64,000 nucleotides of DNA. It comes from an uncultured bacterium. Lineage in GTDB: Bacteria > Actinomycetota > Acidimicrobiia > Spongiisociales > UBA5794. The notes beneath the pieces are model-generated. The model saw only the letters and a list, made by a program, of their open reading frames with translations, was not told where the DNA came from and made no database searches. The position numbers and the translations under genes were made by a program. The DNA lies in NCBI GenBank assembly GCA_963801165.1, contig CAWDDT010000009.1, forward strand, positions 416,001-480,000, given 5' to 3'. This document shows, in pieces, positions 46,590-57,314 of the stretch. Position 1 is the stretch's first letter. Every line of letters starts with the position of its first letter.

Positions 46590-49139
46590 ATGATCCATCT
46601 CGCTGTGCGTCGTGTGGGGGGCGCAGCCCTCTTTGCGCTCGTGGTCGGGCTGTGGTGGGGGCAGGCCGCCGCGGCGGCCGTTGCCGGGGAGCAAGCTGAC
46701 GATCAGGTGCAAGTTCAGCCCGTCGTCGTCGACGGCGGTGTCGACTGCGGGAGCACCGATGCCGTCGATCAGCTCCAGTGTCATGATCCCGCCTCACCGC
46801 ACTACGACATCGTCATCACCGAGATCATGCAGAATCCATCGATGGTGTGGGATTCGGTCGGGGAGTGGTTCGAGGTATACAACGCCGGCTCGTCTTCGGT
46901 TGACCTCTCCGGCTGGACCATAACGGACGAGCTAAACAACAAGCACGTCATCTCCGGCCCGCTCATCATCGAGCCGGGTGCCTACCTCGTCTTCGGGCGC
47001 AACACCAACAGTTCGGTCAACGGCGGGGTTGCCGTGGACTACGGGACCGGCACGGACATCTTCCTGTTCAACAGCTCGGACCGGCTGGTGCTTCTCGATG
47101 CCGCAGGCAACGAGGTGGACCGAGTCGCCTGGGACGATGGAGCCACCTTCCCCGACCCCAACGGTGCCTCGATGTCGCTCGCCGCCACGGGCAACGACAA
47201 CTCCGTGGGAGCCAACTGGTGCACGTCGACCACCGTCTTCGGCGACGGTGACCTCGGCACGCCCGGCGGGCCCAACACGTGCGCTACCGGCACAAAAGTT
47301 GTCATCACCGAGATCATGCAGAACCCCAACGCCGTTCCCGACTCCCGCGGCGACTGGTTCGAGATCTACAACCCAAACGACTCTGCCGTGGACCTCTCCG
47401 GCTGGACCATCAAAGACGACGATATCGACAGGCACACCATCACCGGCCCGTTGGTCGTCGCCCCACACGAATATGCGGTGATCGGCCGCAACGGTGACCC
47501 GGGCGCCAACGGGGGAGTCCCGGTCGATTACGTGACAGGCTCCGACATCCTGTTCCACAACAACTTCGACGAGCTGAACCTCATCGACCCGGCCGGGGTG
47601 CGGGTCGATCGGGTGGTCTGGGACGATGGGCGTACTTTCCCCGACCCGACCGGGGCCTCGATGTCCCTCATGGATGCCGGTGCCGACAACAACATCGGAT
47701 CCAACTGGTGCCGGTCGACGACCCCGTTCGGGGACGGCGATCTCGGAACTCCGGGAGCGGCCAACACCTGTACCGAGCCGGCCCCGCAGCCGCCTATGGC
47801 TCGTCTGGAGATCACCGAGATCATGGCCGATCCGGCCGCGGTCATCGACAACGACGGCGAGTGGTTCGAGATCTACAACCACGAGGCGCACGACGTCGAT
47901 ATCAACGGGTGGACGATCCGCGACTTCGACACCAACGTGCACGTCATCGAGAACGGGGGCCCGCTCGTGATCCCGGCGTACCGCTACCTCGTCCTCGGTC
48001 GCAACGCCGACATGGCGACCAACGGTGGCGTTCCCGTCGACTACGCATACGGGACCGCGATGGTGCTGTACAACGCCGCCGACGAGGTGGTCATCGTCGA
48101 TCCCAACGGGGCCATCGTCGATCAGGTTGCCTACGACGACGGCAAGACCTTCCCGGACCCGGAGGGGGCGGCGATCGCGGTCGAGAACCTGGCTCTGCGC
48201 AACGACGTCGGGCAGCATTGGTGTGTGGCCAACACCCCGTATGGTGCCGGTGACGCCGGTACGCCGGGAGCACCCAACTCGTGCGGGCCGGGCACCCCGA
48301 TCGCACCGCTGGTGATCAACGAGATCATGCAGAACCCGGCGACCGTCCCCGACTCGGTTGGCGAGTGGTTCGAGCTCTACAACCCGACCGAGGATGCGGT
48401 CGACATCGATGGGTGGATCATCCGCGACGACGACTACAACCGTCACGTCATCAACAACGGCGGCCCGTTGCTCATCGGACCTCACGGCTACCTGGCGATG
48501 GGGCGCCAGGGATCGATCTGGGCCAACGGAGGCGTGTCGCTCGACTACGCATACGGCACGGGGATGGTGCTGTACAACGGATCGGACGAGATCGTTCTGG
48601 TCGACTCCAACTACATCGAGGTGGATCGGGTCGAGTGGGACGACGGGGCCACGTTCCCCGATCCGGTCGGCGCATCGATGAGCCTGATCGACCCAACTGC
48701 GGACAACTCCGCCGGCGGAAACTGGTGTGTTTCCGGTGGCGGCTATGGCTCGGGAGAGCGGGGAACACCGGGGGAGCCCAACCGGTGTGCACCGACGTGC
48801 TATCCCGGCGGGCTGTCCGTCACCGTGACCGCTACCCCGGACACGTTGTGGCCGCCAAACGGCAAGCTGGTCGGGGTGACGACGAACGTCGTGATCGCCG
48901 ATGAGGAGCCGGGCACGCTCGTGCGGCTCGTCGACGTGGTCTCCAGCGAGGACGACCCGTATTCGAACCGCTACCCCGACATAGTCATCATCGACGACTA
49001 CACCTTCGAGCTGCGCGCCGAGCGCTACGGGTACGGTGAGGGCCGGGTGTACACGATCACCTACGAGGTGATCACCCCATGTGGTGAGAGCGAGCAGTTC
49101 TCGACAACGGTGTCCGTCGCCCACGATCAAGGCGGTTAG
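46590..49139 (+). CDS. Secreted protein with four tandem lamin-tail domains
   Basis: Signal peptide; four I.EIM.NP...GEWFE.YN...D..GW.I...FPDP.GA...WC...GTPG..N.C repeats; C-terminal LWPPN..ELRAER..GRVYTITY module. Confidence 0.88.
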   Translation: MIHLAVRRVGGAALFALVVGLWWGQAAAAAVAGEQADDQVQVQPVVVDGGVDCGSTDAVDQLQCHDPASPHYDIVITEIMQNPSMVWDSVGEWFEVYNAGSSSVDLSGWTITDELNNKHVISGPLIIEPGAYLVFGRNTNSSVNGGVAVDYGTGTDIFLFNSSDRLVLLDAAGNEVDRVAWDDGATFPDPNGASMSLAATGNDNSVGANWCTSTTVFGDGDLGTPGGPNTCATGTKVVITEIMQNPNAVPDSRGDWFEIYNPNDSAVDLSGWTIKDDDIDRHTITGPLVVAPHEYAVIGRNGDPGANGGVPVDYVTGSDILFHNNFDELNLIDPAGVRVDRVVWDDGRTFPDPTGASMSLMDAGADNNIGSNWCRSTTPFGDGDLGTPGAANTCTEPAPQPPMARLEITEIMADPAAVIDNDGEWFEIYNHEAHDVDINGWTIRDFDTNVHVIENGGPLVIPAYRYLVLGRNADMATNGGVPVDYAYGTAMVLYNAADEVVIVDPNGAIVDQVAYDDGKTFPDPEGAAIAVENLALRNDVGQHWCVANTPYGAGDAGTPGAPNSCGPGTPIAPLVINEIMQNPATVPDSVGEWFELYNPTEDAVDIDGWIIRDDDYNRHVINNGGPLLIGPHGYLAMGRQGSIWANGGVSLDYAYGTGMVLYNGSDEIVLVDSNYIEVDRVEWDDGATFPDPVGASMSLIDPTADNSAGGNWCVSGGGYGSGERGTPGEPNRCAPTCYPGGLSVTVTATPDTLWPPNGKLVGVTTNVVIADEEPGTLVRLVDVVSSEDDPYSNRYPDIVIIDDYTFELRAERYGYGEGRVYTITYEVITPCGESEQFSTTVSVAHDQGG

Positions 49140-49181
49140 CCGGCCGTTCCGGTGCGTTTCGGGTCGACTATGTAGGCAACG

Positions 49182-49198
49182 ATACATCTGATATGTAT
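49182..49198. promoter_or_regulatory. Palindromic operator of vapBC
   Basis: ATACAT-N5-ATGTAT immediately upstream of the antitoxin start. Confidence 0.5.
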
Positions 49199-49207
49199 GA
49201 TTGTTCT

Positions 49208-49438
49208 GTGAAGACGATCACCATCACAATTCCCGATGAGCTCGACGCCGAGGCCGCTGCTGAAGCGAGGCGGCGCGGCATCTCCAAGTCAGAGCTCATT
49301 CGCCGCGGGTTAGCTGCTGTTCTCCCCGATCAGGACATCGGAGCGGAGGAGGATCCTTGGCGTCGACTGGCAGGCTTTGCGTCGCCAAACGCGTCGGTTG
49401 ACCAAGGTGAGATCGACCGGGTCGTGTACGACTCGTGA
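49208..49438 (+). CDS. vapB: CopG/RHH antitoxin
   Basis: KTITITIPDEL...ARRRGISKSELIRR; GTGA overlap with the PIN gene. Confidence 0.85.
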   Translation: MKTITITIPDELDAEAAAEARRRGISKSELIRRGLAAVLPDQDIGAEEDPWRRLAGFASPNASVDQGEIDRVVYDS

Positions 49439-49845
49439 AATTCGCCGCCACCAGCTGGTGGGTTGCCTGGGCGCTGCCGGGAGATGGGCGACATGGTGAC
49501 GCGGTGGCGTTGCTGGATCATCTCGGACCCAACGAGCAGGTACTCACCACCAATCTGATAGTCGGCGAAACCTGGACCTTCTTGCGCCGCAAGGACGGAC
49601 ACGCCACGGCGGTCGGGTTCATCGACCGGGTCGGCGCGCTCGACCGGCAAGCCAAACTCACCGTCCATGGTGTCACCTCCGAGCAAGAGGACAAGGCGTG
49701 GGATTGGCTGCGCAGGCACGACGAACGCGCCTACTCGTTCGTCGATGCCACCAGCTTTCAGGTGATGCGCGACCGCCGCCTCCGGGAAGCTCTGGCATTT
49801 GACCAGGACTTCGCCGCCGCGGGCTTTGTCGAACTGCGCCCGTAA
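49435..49845 (+). CDS. vapC: PIN-domain toxin (first catalytic Asp replaced: FAATS)
   Basis: GETWT, YSFVDATSF, AFDQDF. Confidence 0.85.
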   Translation: MKFAATSWWVAWALPGDGRHGDAVALLDHLGPNEQVLTTNLIVGETWTFLRRKDGHATAVGFIDRVGALDRQAKLTVHGVTSEQEDKAWDWLRRHDERAYSFVDATSFQVMRDRRLREALAFDQDFAAAGFVELRP

Positions 49846-49925
49846 CCCCAGGACATGCGCCCGCGAACCGCCATTCTTGCCGCCGGAAGGCGCCGGTTGG
49901 TTGCCCGTCTTGGACGCCAGAAGCG

Positions 49926-51068
49926 CTACAGACCCAGGCCGCGGCCGATGAGCTCTTTCATGATCTCGGTGGTTCCGCCGTAGATCGTCTGGGCGCGGCT
50001 GTCCGTGAACAATCGGGCAATCGGGTATTCGCTCATGTATCCGTAGCCGCCGTGGAGCTGGAGCCCACGGTCGACGACCTTGAGCTGGAGCTCGGTGCAC
50101 CACCACTTGGCCATGGCGGCGACGTCGGCTGTGAGCCGGCCTTCGACCAGCTCCAGCGTGCAGTGGTCGATGAACACCCTGGCGATCTCGAGCTCGGTCG
50201 CCAGCTCCGCCATGGTGAAACGGCTGTTCTGGAACCTGCCCACGGGTCGCCCGAACGCCTGGCGCTGCTTGATGTAGTCCATCGTCACAGCAAACGCCTT
50301 CTCGGCGGTGGCGACGGCGCTGACGGCGATGGTCATCCGCTCTCGTTCCAGCCCGGCCATCAGGTAGAAAAAGCCCATCCCTTCCTCGCCGATCCGGTTC
50401 TCGATCGGCACCTGCACATCGGTGAAGAACAGCTCCGAGGTGTCCTGAGCCTTGAGACCGATCTTCTCCAGGTTCTTGCCGCGTTCGAAGCCGGCCATGG
50501 ATGTCTCGACCGCCAGCAGGGTCAAGCCCCGATGCGGATCGTCCGAGGTTCGGGCAACCACGATGATCAGATCCGCGAGCTGTCCATTGGAGATGAACGT
50601 CTTGGCTCCGTTCACCGTGTACCCGTCACCATCGAGTCTCGCCGACGTCCTTATCCCGGCGAGGTCGCTGCCGGTGCCCGGCTCGGTCATGGCGATGGCG
50701 GTGATCAGCGATCCGTCGACGCAGCCCGGTAGCCAGCGGCGCTTCTGCTCCTCGGATCCGTACTCCTGGATGTAGGGAACCGCCATCTCCGAGTGAATGA
50801 GAAACCCGGGCCCGCTCACAAGCGCATCGGCCAGCTCCTCGATCATGACGACCGGGTAGCGGAAGTCGGCCACACCGGCGCCCCCGTACTGTTCGGCAAC
50901 CGAGTGGCACAGGTGACCCGCCGCGCCTGCGGCGAGCCAGCAATCCCGGCTGACCACCCCGTCCTTTTCCCATTGCTCGTGGAAGGGCACTAGCTCCTTG
51001 TCGATGAACTCCCTGGCCGCACGCCGGTAGAGCTTGTGATCAACGGTGTAGATGTCGCGTCTTGCCAT
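49926..51068 (-). CDS. Acyl-CoA dehydrogenase (long-chain type)
   Basis: AIAMTEPGTGSD, NGAKTFISNG, QDTSELFF, QLHGGYGYM, IYGGTTEIMK. Confidence 0.95.
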   Translation of the reverse strand: MARRDIYTVDHKLYRRAAREFIDKELVPFHEQWEKDGVVSRDCWLAAGAAGHLCHSVAEQYGGAGVADFRYPVVMIEELADALVSGPGFLIHSEMAVPYIQEYGSEEQKRRWLPGCVDGSLITAIAMTEPGTGSDLAGIRTSARLDGDGYTVNGAKTFISNGQLADLIIVVARTSDDPHRGLTLLAVETSMAGFERGKNLEKIGLKAQDTSELFFTDVQVPIENRIGEEGMGFFYLMAGLERERMTIAVSAVATAEKAFAVTMDYIKQRQAFGRPVGRFQNSRFTMAELATELEIARVFIDHCTLELVEGRLTADVAAMAKWWCTELQLKVVDRGLQLHGGYGYMSEYPIARLFTDSRAQTIYGGTTEIMKELIGRGLGL

Positions 51069-51089
51069 CTGCCCATTATGCCGTAGCTC

Positions 51090-52223
51090 TCAGAGGGCGC
51101 GGGCAGGAGCCTCGGTGTCGGCGCATACGTGGAGCGACCAGACCCATCCGGTCCAGACGAGGGCAATATTGCGGGCCACGATGACAGCCCACCACCAGAG
51201 ATACCCGCTGAACCAGAATGTGACGAACACGCCGGTGAGGATGGCACTGGCTGTGGCTCCGACCCGAACCTTCTTGGAAGACGTCAGCGCGGCAAAAGGA
51301 GTGATCCAGAAGACGAACTGTGCGGACAGTAGCGGGCTGAGCAGCATGACCGCGATGGCAAGCGTGCCGATCAGATCGGTGGCGCGCCTCCAGTCAAAAG
51401 AGGTACGCAACGCTCGGAGCGCGCTCAAACCGATAGCGAGGCCGATAGCGGCATTGACGACCACGGCCCATGTCCCGACCGCGACGTAGGACGCGCCGGC
51501 GGTGGTCGCCACCTGCGGGTCGGTTCCCAGCCAGAGGCGGGCTAGACCTGTGATGGCCCCGGTGACCGTCTCAATGTGGACACCGAAGAACTCCCGTCCG
51601 GATCGGAACAGGGGCAGCGTGGTCAATACCAGTGCACCCGCGGCGGTAGCGATGACGGTGGTGATCGCTCGTCGGTAGCGATGCCGCCACCAGTCAACGG
51701 CGGCCATGACGATTGGCCAACCCTTGGCAGCGATCGCGGCTCCCAGGGCCCATCCCGATCGAGCGTCTTCGCCCTCGATGGTGAGGACCAGGGCGAGCAG
51801 CGCGAGCAGAACTGACACCGCGTCCAGCCTGAAAGCGATCAGCGGCAAGATCGCCCACGAGATCTTCAACCACCTGATGGCGGCGCCGTCGACCCCGAGC
51901 CGCCGGCCGAGTCGGTTGACCGTGAGCCCGATCCCGAACAGCACTACTCCCATGACTGCCCAGAGGACGACGGCGTAGCTGACGCCGACGATCCTCTCGA
52001 TTGCCCCGATCACGAGCATAGGGACAACGGCTAGGGGCAGGTGTTCGAACTCAAAATCCAGGTAGGGCACGTCGCCGTTGAACATGTGGTGGGTGCGCGA
52101 GGCATACGCGGCTGCGTCGTTGTCGAGAGCCGCAGAAGTGAGGTTCGAGGCGATCGCGAGACCGGCGATCAGTATCGCTGCGAGGAACAGCATCCACCGC
52201 AGTTGCTCCAGCCTCGGTTTCAC
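51090..52223 (-). CDS. Polytopic GT-C/GT87-like glycosyltransferase
   Basis: G.VPYLDF.FEH.PLA, RLD, K.WP, LSAQF..W and many TM helices. Confidence 0.75.
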   Translation of the reverse strand: MKPRLEQLRWMLFLAAILIAGLAIASNLTSAALDNDAAAYASRTHHMFNGDVPYLDFEFEHLPLAVVPMLVIGAIERIVGVSYAVVLWAVMGVVLFGIGLTVNRLGRRLGVDGAAIRWLKISWAILPLIAFRLDAVSVLLALLALVLTIEGEDARSGWALGAAIAAKGWPIVMAAVDWWRHRYRRAITTVIATAAGALVLTTLPLFRSGREFFGVHIETVTGAITGLARLWLGTDPQVATTAGASYVAVGTWAVVVNAAIGLAIGLSALRALRTSFDWRRATDLIGTLAIAVMLLSPLLSAQFVFWITPFAALTSSKKVRVGATASAILTGVFVTFWFSGYLWWWAVIVARNIALVWTGWVWSLHVCADTEAPARAL

Positions 52224-52224
52224 G

Positions 52225-53049
52225 TCAACCGTCTCCGCCGAAGCCGAGCAGGCTCTCCCGGTTCAACGCCCGTGACCCCGAGACCAGCCCGAGTATGGCG
52301 AGGATCCAGGCGACCGCCCCTATAACCAGCGCCGCGATGACGGGGTCGATCAGTAGACCGCTGGACACTCCGTATGCGGCCATGATCACCGGGAGCGACA
52401 CCAGGGTCGCCGCCTGCTGGGCGGCGGCGGTGCTGCGCACCTTCGATGACACCCACAGGATGACCGACAGTGCCAGGGCGATAAACGGGGGAACGACCCA
52501 GAAGATCAGGATCCACCAGCCGGCAGTAGGGAAGAACCAGCCCCCGACCAGCGGTCCCACCTTGGCGTTGACGAGCAGCGAGTAGACGAAGAAACCCATG
52601 CCCGTGGCGATGAACCCCGGTACGACACTGGCGAGCATCTTGCCGAAAAAGATCTCGCGGATGGTGAGCGGCGAATGCGCCAGGAACTCACCGGTGCCGC
52701 GTTCCCGTTCCCCGACGATGGCATGGGCCCCTACGGCCGACGAGATCGTCAGCGGCACGACGATGGCGATTGGTGCCAGCAAGTAGACGGCCAGCATGTA
52801 AGCCCCCTGCGCCTGCGGCGTCGCCCCGACCACGTTCTGCTGGATCGGGCCGGGCAGGGTCTGCAGCACCTCACCGATCTTGTTGATCAGATCGCTGCTG
52901 TTGGTCGAGGTCACGACGGTGAGCAGACCGAGTGGGATGAACACGAAGAACACCGCAGCCAGGAACCCCATCGGGACCCAGTAGTCCTTCGACTTGAAGA
53001 GAACGCGCAAGTCGATGCGAGCAACCGTCATGACCTTGCCCCACCTCAT
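52225..53049 (-). CDS. ABC-2 type transporter permease
   Basis: GERERGTGEFL..SP...GK motif, about six TM helices. Confidence 0.9.
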   Translation of the reverse strand: MRWGKVMTVARIDLRVLFKSKDYWVPMGFLAAVFFVFIPLGLLTVVTSTNSSDLINKIGEVLQTLPGPIQQNVVGATPQAQGAYMLAVYLLAPIAIVVPLTISSAVGAHAIVGERERGTGEFLAHSPLTIREIFFGKMLASVVPGFIATGMGFFVYSLLVNAKVGPLVGGWFFPTAGWWILIFWVVPPFIALALSVILWVSSKVRSTAAAQQAATLVSLPVIMAAYGVSSGLLIDPVIAALVIGAVAWILAILGLVSGSRALNRESLLGFGGDG

Positions 53050-53963
53050 GGCTGCCTCCGTAGCGACCGCTGCATCTCGAAATACAGGGTCTCGAGTGTC
53101 GGGTTGTCGGGCTGGACCCGGGTGAGCCGAACCCCGCGGGCGACCAGGTCGGCTACCAGGTCCGGGAGACGATCCAGGTGGGTGAGCCGAACGTGTACCG
53201 ATCCGTTCCATTCGGCCGAGACGACGTGCTCGTGGCCCTCGATTCCGGCGAGAGCGCTGCGGTCCTCGGCATCGAGGATCACCGACGGGTTGGTGACGTA
53301 CTGGTCGGCGAGCTGCGACTGGCTGCCTGCGATCTGAGCCCTCCCCGCACCCATCAGGACTACCTGGTCGGCGACACCTTCGGCCTCGTGAAGGAGGTGG
53401 GTGCACAGCACGATGGTCCGGCCCCTTCCGGCGAGCTCACGGATGAGGTTGAGCACCGCGCGGGCAGATTCGGGGTCGAGACCGGCAGTCGGCTCGTCGA
53501 GGAGAAGGATCTGCGGGTCGTGCAGCACCGACCGGGCCAGAGCGAGCCTGGTACGCATCCCCGTGGAATAGCCCCCGACATTCAGATCCAGGGCATGATC
53601 GATCCCAAAGCGCCGGGCCGCGGGAAGGATCGCGGAGTTGTCTGCGTCGAATATGGCGGCGGTGTACTCGAGGTTCTCTTGTCCCGTGAGACGGTCATAC
53701 AGCGCCGGTTTCGGCGGTACTACCGCGGTCCTGGCGCGGACCCAGTCACCATCCTTTGCCGGGTCCTTGCCCAGCACCCGGATCTCGCCGCCATCAGAGC
53801 GGAGGGCGCCGGTGGTGAGGCGAACGGTCGTCGTTTTCCCGGCGCCGTTCGGTCCGAGCAGAACCGTGATGGACCCCTCGGGGACCGTCATGTTCAGGTC
53901 GTCGACTGCAGTGATACTCCCGAAGCGTCTGGTGACGTGTGAGAACTCGATGGCTGTAGGCAT
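53046..53963 (-). CDS. ABC transporter ATP-binding protein
   Basis: GPNGAGKTT, YSTGM, LLLDEPT, H-loop. Confidence 0.95.
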   Translation of the reverse strand: MPTAIEFSHVTRRFGSITAVDDLNMTVPEGSITVLLGPNGAGKTTTVRLTTGALRSDGGEIRVLGKDPAKDGDWVRARTAVVPPKPALYDRLTGQENLEYTAAIFDADNSAILPAARRFGIDHALDLNVGGYSTGMRTRLALARSVLHDPQILLLDEPTAGLDPESARAVLNLIRELAGRGRTIVLCTHLLHEAEGVADQVVLMGAGRAQIAGSQSQLADQYVTNPSVILDAEDRSALAGIEGHEHVVSAEWNGSVHVRLTHLDRLPDLVADLVARGVRLTRVQPDNPTLETLYFEMQRSLRRQP

Positions 53964-54011
53964 GGGTTCGATTATCGGTCCCGATCGTCCTCAACTGAAC
54001 CGCACGTTGTG

Positions 54012-55874
54012 TCACCCGGGAGTCAAGAACAGACCGGCGAGCGGCGGCACGGTAATCGACAGAGATTGCGCAAAGCCGTGGTTCTCCCGGTCCGTGGTCA
54101 CCAGGGGGCTTTCGTTGCGGACGCCGCTGCCGCCGTAGCGCGCGTCGTCGCTGTTGAGTATCTCGACCCATTCTCCGGCGACGGGGACACCGATCCGGTA
54201 GTCGTGACGAACCACAGGAGTGAAGTTGCCCACCCAGAGCAGCGGGTTGTCGTCGTGGTCGAGTCTCACGAAGGCGAAAATGCTGTTGTCGGCGTCATCC
54301 CCGATGATCCATCGGAAGCCTCGCTCGTCGAAGTCGCGCTCGTGTAGCGAAGGCTGGGCGCGGAGCAGCTCGTTGAGGTCGGCCACCCAGCGCTTCACCC
54401 CGGCGTGGTCCTCGAACTCGAGGGCACCCCAGTTCAGCTCGGTGGTGTGTGCCCACTCCTCATCCGCGCCGAACTCGCTCCCCATGAAGAGCAGCTTCTT
54501 GCCCGGCTGTGCGTATTGATAGGCGAGCAACAGCCGTAGCCCGGCGAACTTCTGCCAGCGGTCGCCGGGCTGTTTGGCAAGCAGCGAGCCCTTGCCGTGA
54601 ACGACCTCGTCGTGTGACAGCGGCAGGGTGAAGTTCTCGTTGAAGGCGTACACCATCCGGAAGCTCAACTCGTGGTGGTGAAAACGGCGATGGACGGGGT
54701 CGAGGGCGAAGTACTCGAGCGTGTCGTTCATCCAGCCCATGTCCCACTTTTGGCCGAATCCGAGCCCGCCGTGCTCGATGGGTCGGGTCACCGCAGGGAA
54801 CGCGGTGGATTCCTCTGCGTACATCTGGATGTCGGGGAACCGGCCGTAGGCGAACTTGTTTATCTGTTGGAGCAACGAGATGGCGCCGAGGTTCTCCCTC
54901 CCTCCGAACTCGTTTGGGATCCACTCGCCTTCCTTGCGGGAGTAGTCGCGGTAGAGCATCGACGCCACCGCGTCGACCCGGATCCCGTCGGCGTGGTACT
55001 TCTCGAGCCAGAACATGGCGCTCGACAGCAGGAAGCTGCGCACCTCGTACCGGTCGTAGTTGAAGATGAGGCTGTCCCAGTCGGGGTGGTAGCCCTCTTT
55101 CGGATCCTGGTGCTCGTATAGATGTGAGCCGTCGAACAGCGCCAGCCCGTGGGCGTCCCTGGGAAAATGCGATGGGACCCAGTCCAGGATCACACCGATC
55201 CCGTTCTGGTGGAGATAGTCGACGAGGTACATCAGGTCCTGGGGAGTGCCGTAGCGCGAGGTCGCCGCGTAGTAGCCGGTCAGCTGGTAGCCCCACGAGC
55301 CGTAGAAGGGGTGCTCCATGACCGGAAGCAGCTCGACGTGGGTGAATCCGGTCTCCTTGACGTAATCGGTTAGCTGGTGGGCGATCTCGCGGTAGCCGCC
55401 CGGCTCGTAGCGCCACGACCCGAGGTGCATCTCGTAGATGGAGATGGGGGCGTCGAAGGCGTTGGCGGCTCCGCGGGTGGCCATCCACTCGTCGTCGCTC
55501 CACTCGTATGCGAGATCCCAAACCACCGAGCCGGTGCGCGGTGGTTCTTCGGCCCTGAACGCAACCGGGTCGGCCTTCTCGACCGGGAGCCCTCCGTGGT
55601 CGGGGACGATGCTGTACTTGTACACGTCGCCCTGACCGACTCCCGGAACGTGTCCGTGCCAGATGCCGGATGGGTCTGCGTTGAGCGCCCAGCCGTCGCT
55701 CCAGCCGTTGAAGTCGCCGACGACCTCAACGCGCTTTGCCGATGGAGCCCAGACGCGGAATGTTGTTCCGTCCGGTCCGAGGTGTGAGCCAAGCACGTCG
55801 TACAGCGAGGTGTGGGTGCCGCCATTGAATGACCAGCGGTCGTCGTCGGTGAGGTCACGGGGTATGTCCGTCAT
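54012..55874 (-). CDS. glgB: 1,4-alpha-glucan branching enzyme
   Basis: [41 protein letters not shown]. Confidence 0.97.
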   Translation of the reverse strand: MTDIPRDLTDDDRWSFNGGTHTSLYDVLGSHLGPDGTTFRVWAPSAKRVEVVGDFNGWSDGWALNADPSGIWHGHVPGVGQGDVYKYSIVPDHGGLPVEKADPVAFRAEEPPRTGSVVWDLAYEWSDDEWMATRGAANAFDAPISIYEMHLGSWRYEPGGYREIAHQLTDYVKETGFTHVELLPVMEHPFYGSWGYQLTGYYAATSRYGTPQDLMYLVDYLHQNGIGVILDWVPSHFPRDAHGLALFDGSHLYEHQDPKEGYHPDWDSLIFNYDRYEVRSFLLSSAMFWLEKYHADGIRVDAVASMLYRDYSRKEGEWIPNEFGGRENLGAISLLQQINKFAYGRFPDIQMYAEESTAFPAVTRPIEHGGLGFGQKWDMGWMNDTLEYFALDPVHRRFHHHELSFRMVYAFNENFTLPLSHDEVVHGKGSLLAKQPGDRWQKFAGLRLLLAYQYAQPGKKLLFMGSEFGADEEWAHTTELNWGALEFEDHAGVKRWVADLNELLRAQPSLHERDFDERGFRWIIGDDADNSIFAFVRLDHDDNPLLWVGNFTPVVRHDYRIGVPVAGEWVEILNSDDARYGGSGVRNESPLVTTDRENHGFAQSLSITVPPLAGLFLTPG

Positions 55875-55979
55875 GGGCCCAAGTTAACACCGGCAGCTTG
55901 TTCCCATCGTGGAAAAGCGGACCCGGCCTCGCCGGGACGTCGCGCGGATGTGGTCGCGCGAATGTGGCAGTATGTCCAC

Positions 55980-57230
55980 ATGAGTATGCGTGCTTCTGCT
56001 CCCAGTGTCCTCGCGATGGTGCTTGCGGGCGGCCAAGGGACGCGTCTTCTTCCCTTGACCCAGGTGCGGGCTAAACCGGCGGTTCCCTACGGTGGCCAGT
56101 ACCGACTCATCGACTTTGCGCTCTCCAATCTGGCCAACGGCGGGTACCGCAAAATCGTCGTGCTCACCCAGTACAAGAGCCACAGTCTCGACGTCCATCT
56201 TTCCCGCACGTGGCGGATGTCGACCTTTCTCGGCAACTACGTCACGTCGGTTCCCGCCCAGATGCGCCGCGGCCCGTGGTGGTTTGCGGGCTCCGCTGAC
56301 GCCATCTTCCAGAACCTCAATCTGATCGACGACGAGCAGCCCGAGTACATCTTCGTATTCGGAGCCGACCACATCTACCGGATGGACCCCGGCCAGATGC
56401 TCGAGCACCATATCGCAAGCGGAGCCGGCGTCACCGTCGCCGGGATCCGGGTGCCTCACGCCGAAGCCAAGGCCTTCGGCGTGATCCAGCGCAATCCGCA
56501 CTCGGCGCTCATCGACGCCTTTCTCGAGAAACCCGAGGACCCGCCCGGGCTTTCCGATAACCCCGATGAGGTGCTCGCCTCCATGGGCAACTACGTATTC
56601 ACCACTGAGGTCCTCGTCGACGTGCTCAACGCCAACGCCGAGGACCAGGAATCGGGTAGCGACATCGGCGGCGACGTGATCCCGGCCCTGGTCGCTTCCG
56701 GTCAGGCGTACGTATACGACTTCACCACCAACACGGTTCCGGGGGAGACGCCCCGCGACCGGCACTACTGGCGTGACGTCGGGACGCTCGACTCCTACTA
56801 CGAGGCCAACATGGATCTGGTGGCGCCTCTACCGGTGTTCAACCTCTACAACGATGAGTGGCCGGTGTTCACCTCGTTCCGCACTCTGCCTCCCGCCAAG
56901 GTCGTTGCGCACGGGGAGCTCGGTTCTGGTGAAATCGCCAACTCGATGCTGTCACAGGGGTGCATCATCACGGGAGCCACGGTACGTAACTCGGTGCTCT
57001 CGCCCAATGTGCGCATCGAGCCCGGGGCGGTCGTGGAAGGATCCATCCTTTTCGACGACGTCCTCGTCGGCGCCGGTGCGATGGTGCGCAACGCCATCGT
57101 CGACAAGCACGTCGTCATCCCGCGCGGCCGGCAGATCGGGGTCGATAGTGATCGCGACGCCAACGACTTCACCATTTCCCCGAACGGTGTCGTGGCCATC
57201 GGCAAGGGGCACAAGGTCACCTACGCCTGA
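55980..57230 (+). CDS. glgC: Glucose-1-phosphate adenylyltransferase
   Basis: [39 protein letters not shown]. Confidence 0.97.
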   Translation: MSMRASAPSVLAMVLAGGQGTRLLPLTQVRAKPAVPYGGQYRLIDFALSNLANGGYRKIVVLTQYKSHSLDVHLSRTWRMSTFLGNYVTSVPAQMRRGPWWFAGSADAIFQNLNLIDDEQPEYIFVFGADHIYRMDPGQMLEHHIASGAGVTVAGIRVPHAEAKAFGVIQRNPHSALIDAFLEKPEDPPGLSDNPDEVLASMGNYVFTTEVLVDVLNANAEDQESGSDIGGDVIPALVASGQAYVYDFTTNTVPGETPRDRHYWRDVGTLDSYYEANMDLVAPLPVFNLYNDEWPVFTSFRTLPPAKVVAHGELGSGEIANSMLSQGCIITGATVRNSVLSPNVRIEPGAVVEGSILFDDVLVGAGAMVRNAIVDKHVVIPRGRQIGVDSDRDANDFTISPNGVVAIGKGHKVTYA

Positions 57231-57314
57231 GCCCGACGCCCGTCCAGGTGGGCCGACGGTTAGCGTTCGGTGGGATTGAGTCGGCACGAGGGAGCCACGT
57301 GCTCGGTGACTCAC

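Noticed and set aside
46800-48790. Nucleotide repeats as a DGR template/variable pair
   Set aside because: They are in-frame domain repeats without adenine-specific differences, and no reverse transcriptase is present.
46932-49187. 751-aa minus-strand ORF, and similar long antisense ORFs (34296-35885, 60766-62790, 39870-40964)
   Set aside because: Shadows of high-GC coding genes on the opposite strand; no motifs.
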